From: a bacterium
Lineage (GTDB): Bacteria > Patescibacteriota > Minisyncoccia > UBA6257 > MFKM01
Length of the DNA: 64,000 nt
NCBI GenBank assembly: GCA_030693325.1
Contig: JAUYAV010000019.1
Coordinates: 134,618-198,617 of the forward strand
Direction: 5' to 3'
The notes under the pieces were generated by a model, which saw nothing but the letters and a program-made list of their open reading frames with translations, did no database searches and was not told the DNA's origin. Shown piece by piece: positions 29,082-39,602 of the stretch. Made by a program: the position numbers and the translations under genes. Positions within the stretch are counted from its first letter, which is position 1; each line of letters starts with the position of its first letter.

Positions 29082-29671
29082 TTTTACGAAATACGAATAT
29101 GTCTAAAATCGGCAAAAAAATAATCATTATCCCGGACGGCATAAAAACCGAAATTAAGGATAATAAAATCAGTTTTCAAAACGCTAAAAGCGAGATTATT
29201 GAGCTTGAGATTTTGCCCGGAGTTTCGGCTTCTCTCCAAGACAAAATTTTGTCTTTCACTATTGAAAACGAAAATCGGGAGAGCCGGACCAATTGGGGGA
29301 CAGTGAGATCTTTGGCGAATAATGCCGTCATCGGCCTCTCTCAGGGATTTGTCAAAACCCTGGAGATTGAAGGTGTTGGGTATAAAGTTGAAAAAGACGG
29401 GGAAAATTTAGTGTTCAAGCTTGGATTTTCTCATCTCATTCGTTTATCTATACCAGCCGGGATTAAAGCCGAGATTTCCAAAAATATTATTAAAATTTCC
29501 GGAGTTGACAAAACTTTGGTAGGTAAAATTGCGGCTGAGATCAGAGATTTTAAAAAACCGGAGCCTTACAAAGGGAAAGGCATAAAATACCAGGGAGAAA
29601 TTATTAAAAGAAAAACCGGCAAGAAAGTTGAAGCTACGACCGGAGGAGCGGGAGCCGCAAAAGCAAAATAA
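29075..29671 (+). CDS. rplF: 50S ribosomal protein L6
   Basis: L6 two-domain repeat. Confidence 0.93.
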   Translation: MVILRNTNMSKIGKKIIIIPDGIKTEIKDNKISFQNAKSEIIELEILPGVSASLQDKILSFTIENENRESRTNWGTVRSLANNAVIGLSQGFVKTLEIEGVGYKVEKDGENLVFKLGFSHLIRLSIPAGIKAEISKNIIKISGVDKTLVGKIAAEIRDFKKPEPYKGKGIKYQGEIIKRKTGKKVEATTGGAGAAKAK

Positions 29672-29673
29672 AT

Positions 29674-30021
29674 ATGAAAGAACAAATAAATAAAATCAGG
29701 GAAAGAAGAGAAAGGCGGGTGCGAGCCGGCATTCGCGGCACCGCGGAAAGGCCGCGGCTTAGCGTTTTCCGAAGCCATCGCTCTATTTATGCTCAATTAA
29801 TTGATGATTCTGTCAGCCGGACTTTGGCCGCCGCCGCCAGCAAGGAGCTTAAAAAAACCGGAGATAAAAAAAATCAAGCCAAAGCTGTGGGAGAATTACT
29901 CGCCAAGAAAGCTAAAGAGATAGGAATAAAATCGGCGATTTTTGACAGAGGGGCATATCAATATCACGGTCGGGTGAAGGCCTTAGCCGAGGCCTTTAAA
30001 GAAAGCGGGCTGAAATTATAA
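29674..30021 (+). CDS. rplR: 50S ribosomal protein L18
   Basis: L18 family. Confidence 0.93.
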   Translation: MKEQINKIRERRERRVRAGIRGTAERPRLSVFRSHRSIYAQLIDDSVSRTLAAAASKELKKTGDKKNQAKAVGELLAKKAKEIGIKSAIFDRGAYQYHGRVKALAEAFKESGLKL

Positions 30022-30031
30022 TTACAATAAT

Positions 30032-30475
30032 ATGATTCCACAAAAAAAATCAGAATTCACGGAAAAAGTTTTAGACATTGCTCGGGTTACCCGGGTGGTG
30101 GCCGGAGGCAAAAGATTTCGTTTTCGGGCGACTATGGTTATCGGCGATAAAAAAGGGAGAATCGGCGTTGGTTTGGGCAAGGGGCTGGATGTCGCTCAAT
30201 CCGTGGAAAAGGCAAAACGTGACGCCTTAAAAAATTTAATGACCATAAAATTAAAAGATGGCCGTACCATTCCGTATGAAGTGGAAGCGAAATACAGCGC
30301 GGCTCGGGTTCGCTTGAAACCCGCCAAAGCCGGGCACGGCTTGATTGCCGGCGGCGCCTGCCGGGTAGTTTTGGAACTGGCGGGTGTCAAAGATATTTCG
30401 GCTAAGATTTTGGGCCGGACTTCCAATAAATTAACCAATGCCTTAGCGACTATTGAAGCGTTAAAACAAATTTAA
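30032..30475 (+). CDS. rpsE: 30S ribosomal protein S5, followed directly by L15 with no L30 gene
   Basis: S5 family. Confidence 0.95.
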   Translation: MIPQKKSEFTEKVLDIARVTRVVAGGKRFRFRATMVIGDKKGRIGVGLGKGLDVAQSVEKAKRDALKNLMTIKLKDGRTIPYEVEAKYSAARVRLKPAKAGHGLIAGGACRVVLELAGVKDISAKILGRTSNKLTNALATIEALKQI

Positions 30476-30510
30476 AATTAATTTCGCATTTTACGTTATA
30501 AATTTTTACT

Positions 30511-30933
30511 ATGCAATTACATCAAATACAACCGAGACATAAAAATGAAAATAAGAAACGGATTGCCCGCGGCGGAAAACGTGGCACTTATTCCGGCCGG
30601 GGACAAAAAGGACAGTCATCACGCGCCGGCGCCAAATTCCTTCCGGCCGAACGAGTTTTGATAATCAGAATCCCAAAACGGCGGGGATTCAAGAATAAAC
30701 CTTTGGCCCCAAAACCTATTATTTTGAAATTAAATGATTTGGAGAAAAAATTTGATAATAATCAAACAATTAATATAAAAGTTTTATTGGAAAAAGGTTT
30801 TATTAAAAATGAGAACCAGCGGGTGAAAATTCTGGACGGGGGAGAAGTCAAAAAAACTTTTGAAATTGAGGGTTTGGAAGTATCAGTAAAAGCCGCGGAG
30901 AAAATAAAATCCGCCGGCGGTAAAATTAAATAA
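30511..30933 (+). CDS. rplO: 50S ribosomal protein L15
   Basis: Gly/Arg-rich N-terminus typical of L15. Confidence 0.9.
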   Translation: MQLHQIQPRHKNENKKRIARGGKRGTYSGRGQKGQSSRAGAKFLPAERVLIIRIPKRRGFKNKPLAPKPIILKLNDLEKKFDNNQTINIKVLLEKGFIKNENQRVKILDGGEVKKTFEIEGLEVSVKAAEKIKSAGGKIK

Positions 30934-30990
30934 ACTCAACTAGAGTTAGTTCCCTAATGGAATAAAGTGCTGTAAAATACGGAATAAGAC

Positions 30991-32262
30991 ATGAACAAAT
31001 TTCTTCAGCTATTTAAAATCAAAGACCTGCGCAACAAAATCTTAATGGTGGTTTTTTTGCTTCTGGTTTTCAGATTGATGGCGGCGATTCCCATTCCTGG
31101 CGTTGACCCTGGAAAATTGCGGGAATTTTTTGCCTCCAACCAACTATTCGGCCTTATGAACATATTTTCGGGCGGCGCTTTGTCCAGTTTATCTATTATG
31201 ATGTTGGGCGTGGGGCCGTACATCACTGCGACCATTATTCTTCAGTTGTTGATGATAATTTTTCCGCGGCTCAAAGAAGTTTATTACGAAGAAGGAACGG
31301 CCGGCCGGGCCAAATTTAATCGATATTCACGTTATCTGACCGTGCCTTTAGCCGCTGTCAGCGCTTACGGATTTTTAAATTTATTGAAAGCCCAGCAGGT
31401 AATCACTGCCTTGACCCCGTTCAATCTCTTGATGAACGTTATCGTGATAACAGCCGGCTCTATCCTCTTGATGTGGATAGGCGAGCTAATCAGCGAATAC
31501 AAAATCGGCAATGGCGTTTCTTTGATTATTTTTGCCGGAATTGTCAGCGGTTTGCCGGCCGGCCTTCGTTCCATACTTTTCTCTTTTAATGCGGCGGCTC
31601 TACCCTCTTATGTGATTTTTGCGATTTTGGCCGTAGTAGTTATTGCCGGGGTGACTTTTATTAATGAAGGAGAAAGAAAAATTCCGGTTTCTTATGCCAA
31701 ACGCGTGCGGGGAACAAAACTTTACGGCGGAGCGGCGAGTTATCTGCCTTTAAAAGCCAATCAAGCCGGCGTTATCCCGATTATCTTCGCTATTTCGGTT
31801 TTGCTTTTTCCGCAGTTTATCGCCCAGGCCGTTTCCATTTTTTCAGTGGACCTTTCTTTAAAATTAAATTCCTTGGTCACGAATTTTCTCAACAATACCT
31901 GGACTTACAGCATAATATATTTTCTTTTGGTTGTAGTTTTCACCTATTTTTACACCGCCATTACTTTTGATCCCAAAGAAATCGCCAAAAATCTTCAGCA
32001 GAACGGCGGCTTTATTCCGGGTTTACGGCCTGGTTTGCCGACAAGCGATTTCATCGCCAAAATCGTTACCCGGATTACTCTTTTCGGCTCATTATTCTTG
32101 GGGCTGATAGCTGTTCTTCCTAATATCACGAGGATTGCGATGGGTGTTTCGGCTATGACTATCGGAGGAACGGCTTTGCTGATTGTGGTGGCAGTGGCTT
32201 TGGAAACAATGAAACAAATAGATTCTCAATTGGTAACCCGAGAATATGAAGGAATCTTTTAG
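30991..32262 (+). CDS. secY: Preprotein translocase subunit SecY
   Basis: 423 aa, 10 TM helices, SecY signature. Confidence 0.95.
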   Translation: MNKFLQLFKIKDLRNKILMVVFLLLVFRLMAAIPIPGVDPGKLREFFASNQLFGLMNIFSGGALSSLSIMMLGVGPYITATIILQLLMIIFPRLKEVYYEEGTAGRAKFNRYSRYLTVPLAAVSAYGFLNLLKAQQVITALTPFNLLMNVIVITAGSILLMWIGELISEYKIGNGVSLIIFAGIVSGLPAGLRSILFSFNAAALPSYVIFAILAVVVIAGVTFINEGERKIPVSYAKRVRGTKLYGGAASYLPLKANQAGVIPIIFAISVLLFPQFIAQAVSIFSVDLSLKLNSLVTNFLNNTWTYSIIYFLLVVVFTYFYTAITFDPKEIAKNLQQNGGFIPGLRPGLPTSDFIAKIVTRITLFGSLFLGLIAVLPNITRIAMGVSAMTIGGTALLIVVAVALETMKQIDSQLVTREYEGIF

Positions 32263-32947
32263 CGGCAATAAGGCAATTATCCTTTACGGACCCCCTGGTT
32301 CGGGGAAGGGAACGCTGGCAAATCTTTTATCTAAAAATTTCGGTTTTGTTAATTTTGACACCGGTCAGCATTTAAGAGAGATGCTTTACGACCCTAAGTT
32401 TCAAAAAAACAAAACGATTCAAAAAGAAAAATTATTGAATCAATCGGGCAAGCTTAACACTCCGTCTTTCGTTCTGAAATTAGTTTCAGCGGCGACAAAA
32501 AAAATAGCGTCAGTGGATTGTAGTGTTATTTTCACAGGTTCTCCGAGAACTATTTTTGAAGCTTTTGGCGACAAAAAAAATAATGGCTTGATGGGGGTTT
32601 TGGAAAAACTTTATGGCCGGAAGAATATTTTTATTTTTGAATTAAGGGTAAGTCCTGAAATTTCAATAAAAAGAAATTCGCATCGGGTAATTTGCGCCAT
32701 TTGCGGCCAGCCGTCTTTATTTTTATATACGGGTAAAACTCCTTGCTGCGCTGTTTGCGCCGGGCCTTTTGAAAAAAGAATAGATGACAATCCCGAGATT
32801 TTTGAAACCCGCTTGGCGGAATATCAAAATAGAACCCAGCCTATTTTTGGAAGATTAAAAGAAAAGGATTATAAAATATTTTCTTTAGACGGCGCACCCG
32901 CGCCTTATATAGTTTTTGAGAAAATAGTTTCCAAGCTTAAGCTTTAA
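32246..32947 (+). CDS. adk: Adenylate kinase with a zinc-binding LID (divergent)
   Basis: GPPGSGKGT P-loop; CAICG…CCAVCAG. Confidence 0.8.
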   Translation: MKESFSGNKAIILYGPPGSGKGTLANLLSKNFGFVNFDTGQHLREMLYDPKFQKNKTIQKEKLLNQSGKLNTPSFVLKLVSAATKKIASVDCSVIFTGSPRTIFEAFGDKKNNGLMGVLEKLYGRKNIFIFELRVSPEISIKRNSHRVICAICGQPSLFLYTGKTPCCAVCAGPFEKRIDDNPEIFETRLAEYQNRTQPIFGRLKEKDYKIFSLDGAPAPYIVFEKIVSKLKL

Positions 32948-32948
32948 A

Positions 32949-33707
32949 ATGATTAAATTAAAAACCGGGCGCGATATTGAAATGATTGCCGAATCGGGCC
33001 GGATTCTGGCTGAAGTTCTGGAAAAAATTTCCCGGGAAGCCAGGGTCGGCGTTGCTCTTGATTCTTTGGAAAATTCGGCCAGGCGTTTAATCAAAACAGC
33101 CGGCGCTAAGCCGGCTTTCCTGGGCTATCGTCCGTCAAGCAGCGATAAGCCGTTTCCGGCGGCGCTTTGCCTATCCTTAAACGAACAGGTGGTCCACGGC
33201 TTACCGTCGCCTTATAAATTGCGTTCCGGCGATTTGCTGAAAATTGATTTGGGGGTGGATTATAAGGGCTATATCAGCGATGCCGCGGTTAGTTTGGGGA
33301 TCGGGAAGATTTCGCTGGTTGCTCAAAAATTAATTGAAGCCGTCAAAAAATCGCTGGAAGCCGCCGTTAACGAAGCCCGGCCGGGGAAATATCTGGGCGA
33401 CTTGGGATATGTTATTGAAACAATTATTAAAAAATCCGGTTTCAGCGTCATTAAAGGATTGACCGGACACGGCGTTGGTTTTAAACTTCATGAAGATCCG
33501 ACCATTTTTAATTACGGAAATAAAGGCGAAGGATTGGCCTTAAAATCGGGCATGGTTTTGGCGATTGAGCCGATGGCTTGCCTTGGCAAAGAGAGGATAG
33601 TCCAGAGGTCAGATGACAGTTTCGCCACCGCTGACGGCAGTTTAACGGCTCATTTTGAGCATACGGTAGCGATTACGGAAAACGGCCCGCGGATTCTAAC
33701 GCTTTGA
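32949..33707 (+). CDS. map: Methionine aminopeptidase type I
   Basis: M24 pita-bread fold; conserved metal-ligand positions. Confidence 0.9.
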   Translation: MIKLKTGRDIEMIAESGRILAEVLEKISREARVGVALDSLENSARRLIKTAGAKPAFLGYRPSSSDKPFPAALCLSLNEQVVHGLPSPYKLRSGDLLKIDLGVDYKGYISDAAVSLGIGKISLVAQKLIEAVKKSLEAAVNEARPGKYLGDLGYVIETIIKKSGFSVIKGLTGHGVGFKLHEDPTIFNYGNKGEGLALKSGMVLAIEPMACLGKERIVQRSDDSFATADGSLTAHFEHTVAITENGPRILTL

Positions 33708-33790
33708 CCAAATTCCTAAAATATGCTATTATTATAGGTATGAAAGCTCTTTAAAATAACCAGTAAATTTTAGAAAGGAGGTGATATGAG

Positions 33791-34300
33791 ATGTTTTCAG
33801 ACGAAGTGGTATTCGGTACTGACTTGGACGGAGTTGTCAGTTTGCTGCCTTTTAACCTGAAACCGGCTAAGCTGAATTCGGCCAACGAAAGAAGTCTTTA
33901 CCGCTTGCAGGAATCTTGGATTATGCAAAGAGGTTTTAACTTCTTGATTCGCAAGCCGAACCTGGAAATAAAAAATCTGATGGACGAGCTGCGGCTGAAG
34001 GGAATCCGGTTGGTGATTATTTCAGCTTCCAATGTTAGTTACCGGGAAGAACTGAAGATATGGCTGAAGTTTCATAATTTTTCTGTTGACGATCTGATAC
34101 TGAAAGAAAGTTTTTACGAAGAAGGCGTTGATTACAAAGCAAGGGTTGTTCCGGGCATTTGCAATTTCTATATTGACGATAAAGAAGAAATAGTCCGGGC
34201 TATCAATAACGCCAGCAACGGAAAATGCCGAGCCATTCTCTACCAGCCAGGCCAGACAAGCAAAGATTTGCTCAAAGAACTCCTTCCGGTTTTTGTTTGA
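33791..34300 (+). CDS. HAD-superfamily hydrolase (small, 5'-nucleotidase-like)
   Basis: TDLDGVV motif I and a later IDDK motif; strong SD GGAGGTG. Confidence 0.6.
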   Translation: MFSDEVVFGTDLDGVVSLLPFNLKPAKLNSANERSLYRLQESWIMQRGFNFLIRKPNLEIKNLMDELRLKGIRLVIISASNVSYREELKIWLKFHNFSVDDLILKESFYEEGVDYKARVVPGICNFYIDDKEEIVRAINNASNGKCRAILYQPGQTSKDLLKELLPVFV

Positions 34301-34324
34301 AACCGTTCCGATATTCATCGGAAC
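34291..34324. terminator. Bidirectional terminator hairpin between the convergent HAD gene and topA
   Basis: aaaccgttccgatattcatcggaacggttttttc. Confidence 0.65.
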
Positions 34325-34334
34325 GGTTTTTTCT

Positions 34335-36506
34335 TTAAGATTTTATTTTGTGCGGATTGTGATTGGGGCAGATTTTATTACTGCATCGTTCCGGGATTGT
34401 TTTCGTGCCTTCCATCATAAGCGAACCGCAATCTTTGCAGATATTTCCCGTGGGTTTGGTTTTCATAATATATTTGCAGTTCGGATATTCCGAACAGCCG
34501 TAAAATATCCCAAACCGGCCTCGCTTCTCAACCAGAACTCCTTTTTTACAGATAGGGCAGGTTACATTGGTTCTTTTCGCCGCCTCGGCGGCTTCGTCTT
34601 TTTTAATATAACGGCATTTCGGATATCTGTTGCAGGATATGAATTTGCCGAATTTTCCCTCGCGTTCAATGAGTTTGCCTTCTTTACATTTCGGACAGGC
34701 CTCTCCGGTTTCTTTGGGCGGTTCCATCGCTTTGCCGTCAATTGTGCGGGCGCCGGCGCAATCGGGGAATCGCGAACAACTCAAGAATTTTCCCTTGCGG
34801 CCAAGCTTAATGACCATATTGCCGCCGCATTCCGGGCAGACAATGCTTTTATCCGCTTCGCCCAGGGTGGTTATTTTTTCGGCGCTACTTTTTTCTTTAA
34901 CCTGTTCCGAAAAGGGTTTATAAAAATCGCCCAGTGTTTTTGCGTATTCTCTTTTCCCTGCCGCGATTTCGTCAAGCTCATCTTCCATTTTAGCCGTGAA
35001 AGAGTCGGCAATGATGTTGCCGAAATTTTTTTCCAGAAAGTCGCTGACAACTTCGCCGGTGTCGGTAGGGTGAAGTGTTTTTTGAATTTTTTCCACGTAG
35101 CCGCGGTCCTGGATTGTTTTGATGATTGTCGCGTAAGTGCTTGGTCTGCCGATGCCGCGTTTTTCCAGTTCCTTGACCAATCCGGCCTCGGTATATCTTG
35201 ACAACGGCATGGTTTCTTTTTTCTCTGATTCAATTTTTTCCAGAGCCAGAGCATCACCTTCGTTGGTTTTGGGGAGTTCTATTTCTTTGCCGCTTGCTTC
35301 CGGGTCAACCGCGAGCCAGCCGTCAAAGAGCGTCCGCGAACCGGTCACGGTAAAGTCGGGGATATCTTTGCTTTTTATATTGGCGGAAATTTTTGTTTTC
35401 AGTATTTTTGAGTCGCTCATTTGGGAAGCCACGGCCCGTTTCCAGATTAATTTATAAAGTTTTTCTTCTTCCTCGGTATTACCGGCTGATTCCACGGAAA
35501 AATTGCTTGGCCGGACGGCTTCGTGCGCTTCCTGGGCATTTTTGCTTTGGGTTTTATAAACCCTGTTTTCCAGATAATTTTTCCCCAGTTTTTTTAATAT
35601 GGTTTTTGATATTTCTTCAATCGCTTTTGTCGCCATATTCAAACTGTCGGTTCGCATATAAGTGATATGTCCCGCTTCGTAAAGTCTTTGAGCAAAATAC
35701 ATTGTTCGTGACGGCGAGAAGCCCAGCCGGGAGCTCGCGGTTTGCTGTAAAGTGGATGTGATAAACGGCGGCAAAGGCGAGCGTTTGGTTTCTTTTTCTT
35801 CAACGCCGATTACAGACCAGCCTTCTTTTTTTCCTTTTTCAAGAATTTCATTTACATCTTTTTCACTGCGCGGTTCCTTAGAACACACCAGCGAGAGCGT
35901 TTCTTTTTTATCGTTTTTAAAGTCAGCCGTTATAGTCCAATAATTTTCCGGCTTAAACGCGCGGATTTCCCGCTCGCGCTCCATAATAATGCGGAGGGCG
36001 GGGGATTGGACGCGGCCGGCCGAAAGCCCGTATCTGACTTTTTTCCAGATAAGGCCGCTTAAATCGTAGCCGACCAGCCGGTCTAAGACCCGGCGGGCTT
36101 CCTGCGCTTTTCTTAAATTTTCATCAATTTTCCGCGGATGTTGCAGCGCTTCTTCCACTGCTTCTTGCGTGATTTCATGAAAAGATATTCTTTTTATTTT
36201 TTTTCCTTTAAGGCCTAAGGCCTCGGCGATGTGCCAGGCGATGGCTTCGCCTTCGCGGTCAGGGTCGGTTGCGAGGATAACTTCGTCTGATTTGTCGGCA
36301 AGTTTTTTAAGTTCGGAAACAATTCCTTCTTTCCCTTTAATGATTTCATAGCGGGGTTTAAATTCGTGCTCAATATCAATCGCTTTTTTGTTGTTTTTCG
36401 GCAAATCGCGGATGTGCCCGACCGAAGATTTCACGGTGTAATTTTTGCCGAGATATTTTGAGATGGTTTTTGTTTTGGTCGGGGACTCAACGATGACTAA
36501 ATTCAT
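34335..36506 (-). CDS. topA: DNA topoisomerase I with C-terminal zinc ribbons
   Basis: TOPRIM N-terminus, catalytic Tyr region, several CxxC…CxxC ribbons. Confidence 0.95.
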   Translation of the reverse strand: MNLVIVESPTKTKTISKYLGKNYTVKSSVGHIRDLPKNNKKAIDIEHEFKPRYEIIKGKEGIVSELKKLADKSDEVILATDPDREGEAIAWHIAEALGLKGKKIKRISFHEITQEAVEEALQHPRKIDENLRKAQEARRVLDRLVGYDLSGLIWKKVRYGLSAGRVQSPALRIIMEREREIRAFKPENYWTITADFKNDKKETLSLVCSKEPRSEKDVNEILEKGKKEGWSVIGVEEKETKRSPLPPFITSTLQQTASSRLGFSPSRTMYFAQRLYEAGHITYMRTDSLNMATKAIEEISKTILKKLGKNYLENRVYKTQSKNAQEAHEAVRPSNFSVESAGNTEEEEKLYKLIWKRAVASQMSDSKILKTKISANIKSKDIPDFTVTGSRTLFDGWLAVDPEASGKEIELPKTNEGDALALEKIESEKKETMPLSRYTEAGLVKELEKRGIGRPSTYATIIKTIQDRGYVEKIQKTLHPTDTGEVVSDFLEKNFGNIIADSFTAKMEDELDEIAAGKREYAKTLGDFYKPFSEQVKEKSSAEKITTLGEADKSIVCPECGGNMVIKLGRKGKFLSCSRFPDCAGARTIDGKAMEPPKETGEACPKCKEGKLIEREGKFGKFISCNRYPKCRYIKKDEAAEAAKRTNVTCPICKKGVLVEKRGRFGIFYGCSEYPNCKYIMKTKPTGNICKDCGSLMMEGTKTIPERCSNKICPNHNPHKIKS

Positions 36507-36507
36507 A

Positions 36508-37365
36508 TTATTTTAAATTATACCGTCCTAAATTTTCTTTGATTATACCTTTAATAACTAAGAAAGCGATGGTTTTATTAACGACTTGCGAGTCCAGTTT
36601 AGTTAATTCAATAATTTTGTCAATAGAAAGTGATTTTTTATTTTTCGGAAATATTTTTAAAATCAATTCTTCTTCGGGGCTGAAATTTTCTTTTGAGGTT
36701 ATCGGTTTGATATTTAAATCGTCTAAAATATCTTTAGCGGAAATAGCCAAGCGCGCTCCTTCCCGGATTAACCGGTGCGAACCGGCATAATTATAATGAT
36801 TGGCCGGGCCGGGCACTATAAAAACTTCCCGGTTTTGCTCCAGAGCCAGCCGGGCGGTTACTAATGAACCGGAGCGTTCCGGGGCTTCCACTACGATGGT
36901 CGCCAGGCATAAGCCACTGACAATCCGATTGCGAGCTAAAAAGTTGGAAGGAAAAGCGGGTTCATCGGGGGCATATTCGGAAATTATCGCTCCGTCCAAT
37001 TCTAAAATTTTTTCAGCCAGATTTTTGTTCTGGCTGGGATAAATTTTATTCAAGCCATTGCCTAAAACCGCCAGAGTTTTCCCCTTAGCCGCCACCACGC
37101 CTTCATGAGCCGCGGTGTCAATTCCCATCGCCAAGCCGCTGACGATAACGCAGCCGGCCTCGCTTAACTCTCTGGCTAAGGTTCTGGCGATTAAACAGCC
37201 GTTTGGCGTGGCCTTGCGGGTGCCGACAATGGCGAGGTGAGGGAGTTTTTCGTTTGACAGATTTCCTAAGATATATAAGTTCGCCGGCGGGTCCGAAATT
37301 TGTTTTAAAAGAAAAGGATAGCTGGAATCCTTTGAAGTTATTTTTCTAATTTTTTTATTGTTCAA
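36508..37365 (-). CDS. dprA: DNA processing protein DprA (Smf)
   Basis: GLAMGIDTAAHEGV Rossmann-like DprA motif; conserved dprA-topA pair. Confidence 0.9.
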   Translation of the reverse strand: MNNKKIRKITSKDSSYPFLLKQISDPPANLYILGNLSNEKLPHLAIVGTRKATPNGCLIARTLARELSEAGCVIVSGLAMGIDTAAHEGVVAAKGKTLAVLGNGLNKIYPSQNKNLAEKILELDGAIISEYAPDEPAFPSNFLARNRIVSGLCLATIVVEAPERSGSLVTARLALEQNREVFIVPGPANHYNYAGSHRLIREGARLAISAKDILDDLNIKPITSKENFSPEEELILKIFPKNKKSLSIDKIIELTKLDSQVVNKTIAFLVIKGIIKENLGRYNLK

Positions 37366-37900
37366 ATTGGATTATTTTGTTATTATAAGAGCAATGACTA
37401 ATTTTAAGCAAGAATTGATGAAAAAATTGTCATTTGTTTTATTGATATTAATAATACCAGTTACGGGTCTGGTTTTTTTGGGTACAGACATCGGGCACCG
37501 AGCTGAAACGACCAAGACACAGCGGCAAAGCTTAGCGGATCACTCTGAAAGCTTGTCGCTCTATGCGAAGTTGCAAAGCCAATCTGTTGAAGCTGAACCC
37601 TATATCAGTGTTTTACAGAATGTGCTTCCAATCAGAGACCGTCTTCTTGATTTTCAAAAAGAGATGGAACGGTTGGCGACTCAATCGGGAGTGGGTTTCG
37701 GATTTAATTTTATGGCAGAGACGCCATCAACCGCCACTGCGGCGGGCCGGATGGGATTTACTATGGTCAGTCAGGGCTCAATTTCCAAAATTTTTAACTT
37801 TATTAAATTAATGGAAAACAGCCGGTTCTTGGTGAGTTTCAGTAATTTTGATTTCACCGGTTCAACGGCAAATATCAACGGTGAAGTTTTATTCCATTAA
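37358..37900 (+). CDS. Hypothetical protein with an N-terminal TM anchor (the start is probably internal, MTNFKQEL)
   Basis: ORF only. Confidence 0.35.
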   Translation: MFKLDYFVIIRAMTNFKQELMKKLSFVLLILIIPVTGLVFLGTDIGHRAETTKTQRQSLADHSESLSLYAKLQSQSVEAEPYISVLQNVLPIRDRLLDFQKEMERLATQSGVGFGFNFMAETPSTATAAGRMGFTMVSQGSISKIFNFIKLMENSRFLVSFSNFDFTGSTANINGEVLFH

Positions 37901-37911
37901 ACTTATAAATT

Positions 37912-38130
37912 ATGCCGAAAACAAAACAAGTAAAATCCAACCAGGAATTGACTTTTTTGATAGTAGCGGTTTTAATGTTAATTATCCTTATTACTGTCAT
38001 ATCTTGGAATTTGGGTTTTCTGGCTAAAAATTTGAATATGGCCTTGAATCCCAATGTTTTGAAAGAGCCAACGGTTGACCAATTTAACATTGATGGGTTC
38101 AAAGCATTGGGCCTGACAAAATCTTTATAG
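37912..38130 (+). CDS. Small hypothetical membrane protein
   Basis: One TM helix. Confidence 0.3.
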   Translation: MPKTKQVKSNQELTFLIVAVLMLIILITVISWNLGFLAKNLNMALNPNVLKEPTVDQFNIDGFKALGLTKSL

Positions 38131-38147
38131 CAGTAATTTTGGCGTGG

Positions 38148-38219
38148 GGGTGTGTAGTTCAGTGGTAGAACGCTGTCCTGATAAGACAGAGGTCGGAGGT
38201 TCGATCCCTCCCACACCCA
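38148..38219 (+). tRNA. tRNA-Ile (anticodon GAT)
   Basis: Manual fold: acceptor GGGUGUG/CACACCC; anticodon loop CUGAUAA; T-loop GGTTCGATCC; no encoded CCA. Confidence 0.75.
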
Positions 38220-38261
38220 CTGGAAGAGTTCATTAATAATTCAGTTAAAAAGGAGGAAAGG

Positions 38262-38867
38262 ATGAAACGGATTAGAGCTTATTTTTACGCGGGAATAATT
38301 TTAGTTTTGCCTTTGGGGTTATTGCTGTTTATTTTATCCTGTTTGGTAAAGATTTTTAAAAATATTTCTTCGGCAATCGGTTTAAAGACGGTCATTTTCA
38401 GCTTGGTAGCAAAATTGCCGTTGCCTTCGTTTTTATTGGCAACCGGAGAATGGTTAGAATGGTTGTTGATTGCCGTTAGTATCGCGGCAATTCTGATATT
38501 TTTGGGATGGTTCAGTTCAAAAATAGGGAAAAGAATAATTGAGTTTTTAGAAAGGGCGATTAAAAAAATTCCGCTGATTGGCTCTCTCTATTTTACTTTT
38601 AGAGAAACGGCGAAACTCACTCTTAAAGAAAAAAAGGCCTTTAGGGAGGTAGTCAAGGTGCAAGTTATTGAGGGAATCCAGAGTATCGGGTTTGTGGTCC
38701 AGAGAAAGGATACAAAGGTAGTTGTTTTTATTCCTTTTGTTCCAAATCCCTTAACTGGCATCACGATTATTGTTGATAGTAGTCTGGTTATTCCTACAGG
38801 TTTAAGCGTTGAAGAAGGAATGAGATGGATGATCAGTTTTGGCGCCTCTCCTGATTTATTATCCTGA
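38262..38867 (+). CDS. Membrane protein (DUF502-like)
   Basis: Two N-terminal TM helices plus a soluble domain; strong SD AAGGAGGA. Confidence 0.4.
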   Translation: MKRIRAYFYAGIILVLPLGLLLFILSCLVKIFKNISSAIGLKTVIFSLVAKLPLPSFLLATGEWLEWLLIAVSIAAILIFLGWFSSKIGKRIIEFLERAIKKIPLIGSLYFTFRETAKLTLKEKKAFREVVKVQVIEGIQSIGFVVQRKDTKVVVFIPFVPNPLTGITIIVDSSLVIPTGLSVEEGMRWMISFGASPDLLS

Positions 38868-38932
38868 TATATCAAGCGAATCCCGCCAGTTCATGATGGA
38901 CTGGTGGGATTTTTTATTTTAAAATTATATCT

Positions 38933-39415
38933 ATGATTCTTTTCGCCCACGTTGTTTTCGCCGATGCCGTCAGTTCCGCGGGAAATTTTCCTTGGCCGAT
39001 GGCTTTTTTGTTCGGTTTAATATCCCATCATTTGTTGGATTTCATTCCTCATCTTGACGCCGGTTGTGTCTGGCCGGAAAAAGACAGAGATGCCGGCACA
39101 ATGCCCAAAGCAGTTGTAATTTTTATTGCCGCTGACGCTTTATTGACATTGGGGTTTTTAATTTGGTGCGCTTTTTTTCTGAAAATAAATTGGGCTATTT
39201 TGTTCTGGGCGAGTTTTGGCGCGGCTTTGCCGGATTTAATCGTCACCGGCTTTCCTTTTTTCATTCCTAAAATTAAATCTTGGCCATGGGTGAAAAAATA
39301 TGAAAAATTCCACTATAGCCTTTTTGACCACTTAGGCATTTCCACTAATTGGATTTTTGGCATTTTTAGCACTATATTGATAATCGGAGTTTCTTTTTGG
39401 TTGTTGCTGAAATAA
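38933..39415 (+). CDS. Hypothetical polytopic membrane protein
   Basis: Four or five hydrophobic helices. Confidence 0.4.
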   Translation: MILFAHVVFADAVSSAGNFPWPMAFLFGLISHHLLDFIPHLDAGCVWPEKDRDAGTMPKAVVIFIAADALLTLGFLIWCAFFLKINWAILFWASFGAALPDLIVTGFPFFIPKIKSWPWVKKYEKFHYSLFDHLGISTNWIFGIFSTILIIGVSFWLLLK

Positions 39416-39419
39416 ACAG

Positions 39420-39491
39420 GGGCCCGTAGTTCAGTGGTAGAACGCCTCATTTGCAATGAGGAGATCAGCGGTTCGATCCCGCTCGGGTCCA
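39420..39491 (+). tRNA. tRNA-Ala (anticodon TGC) with the G3:U70 identity pair
   Basis: Manual fold: GGGCCCG…CGGGUCC acceptor with G3·U70; anticodon loop UUUGCAA. Confidence 0.8.
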
Positions 39492-39602
39492 CAGGAACAA
39501 AGATTATTTCTTCCCAATTTTATGCTGTGGATAACTTGCTTTGGACTTTCTATTTACTTTCTAGTATACTGAAGCTGATAGTGAAAAGTTAATCCACACA
39601 TT

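Noticed and set aside
34293-35201. 302-aa ORF on the plus strand
   Set aside because: It lies entirely antisense to the well-supported topA gene and has a low-complexity F/R-rich translation, so it is a shadow ORF.
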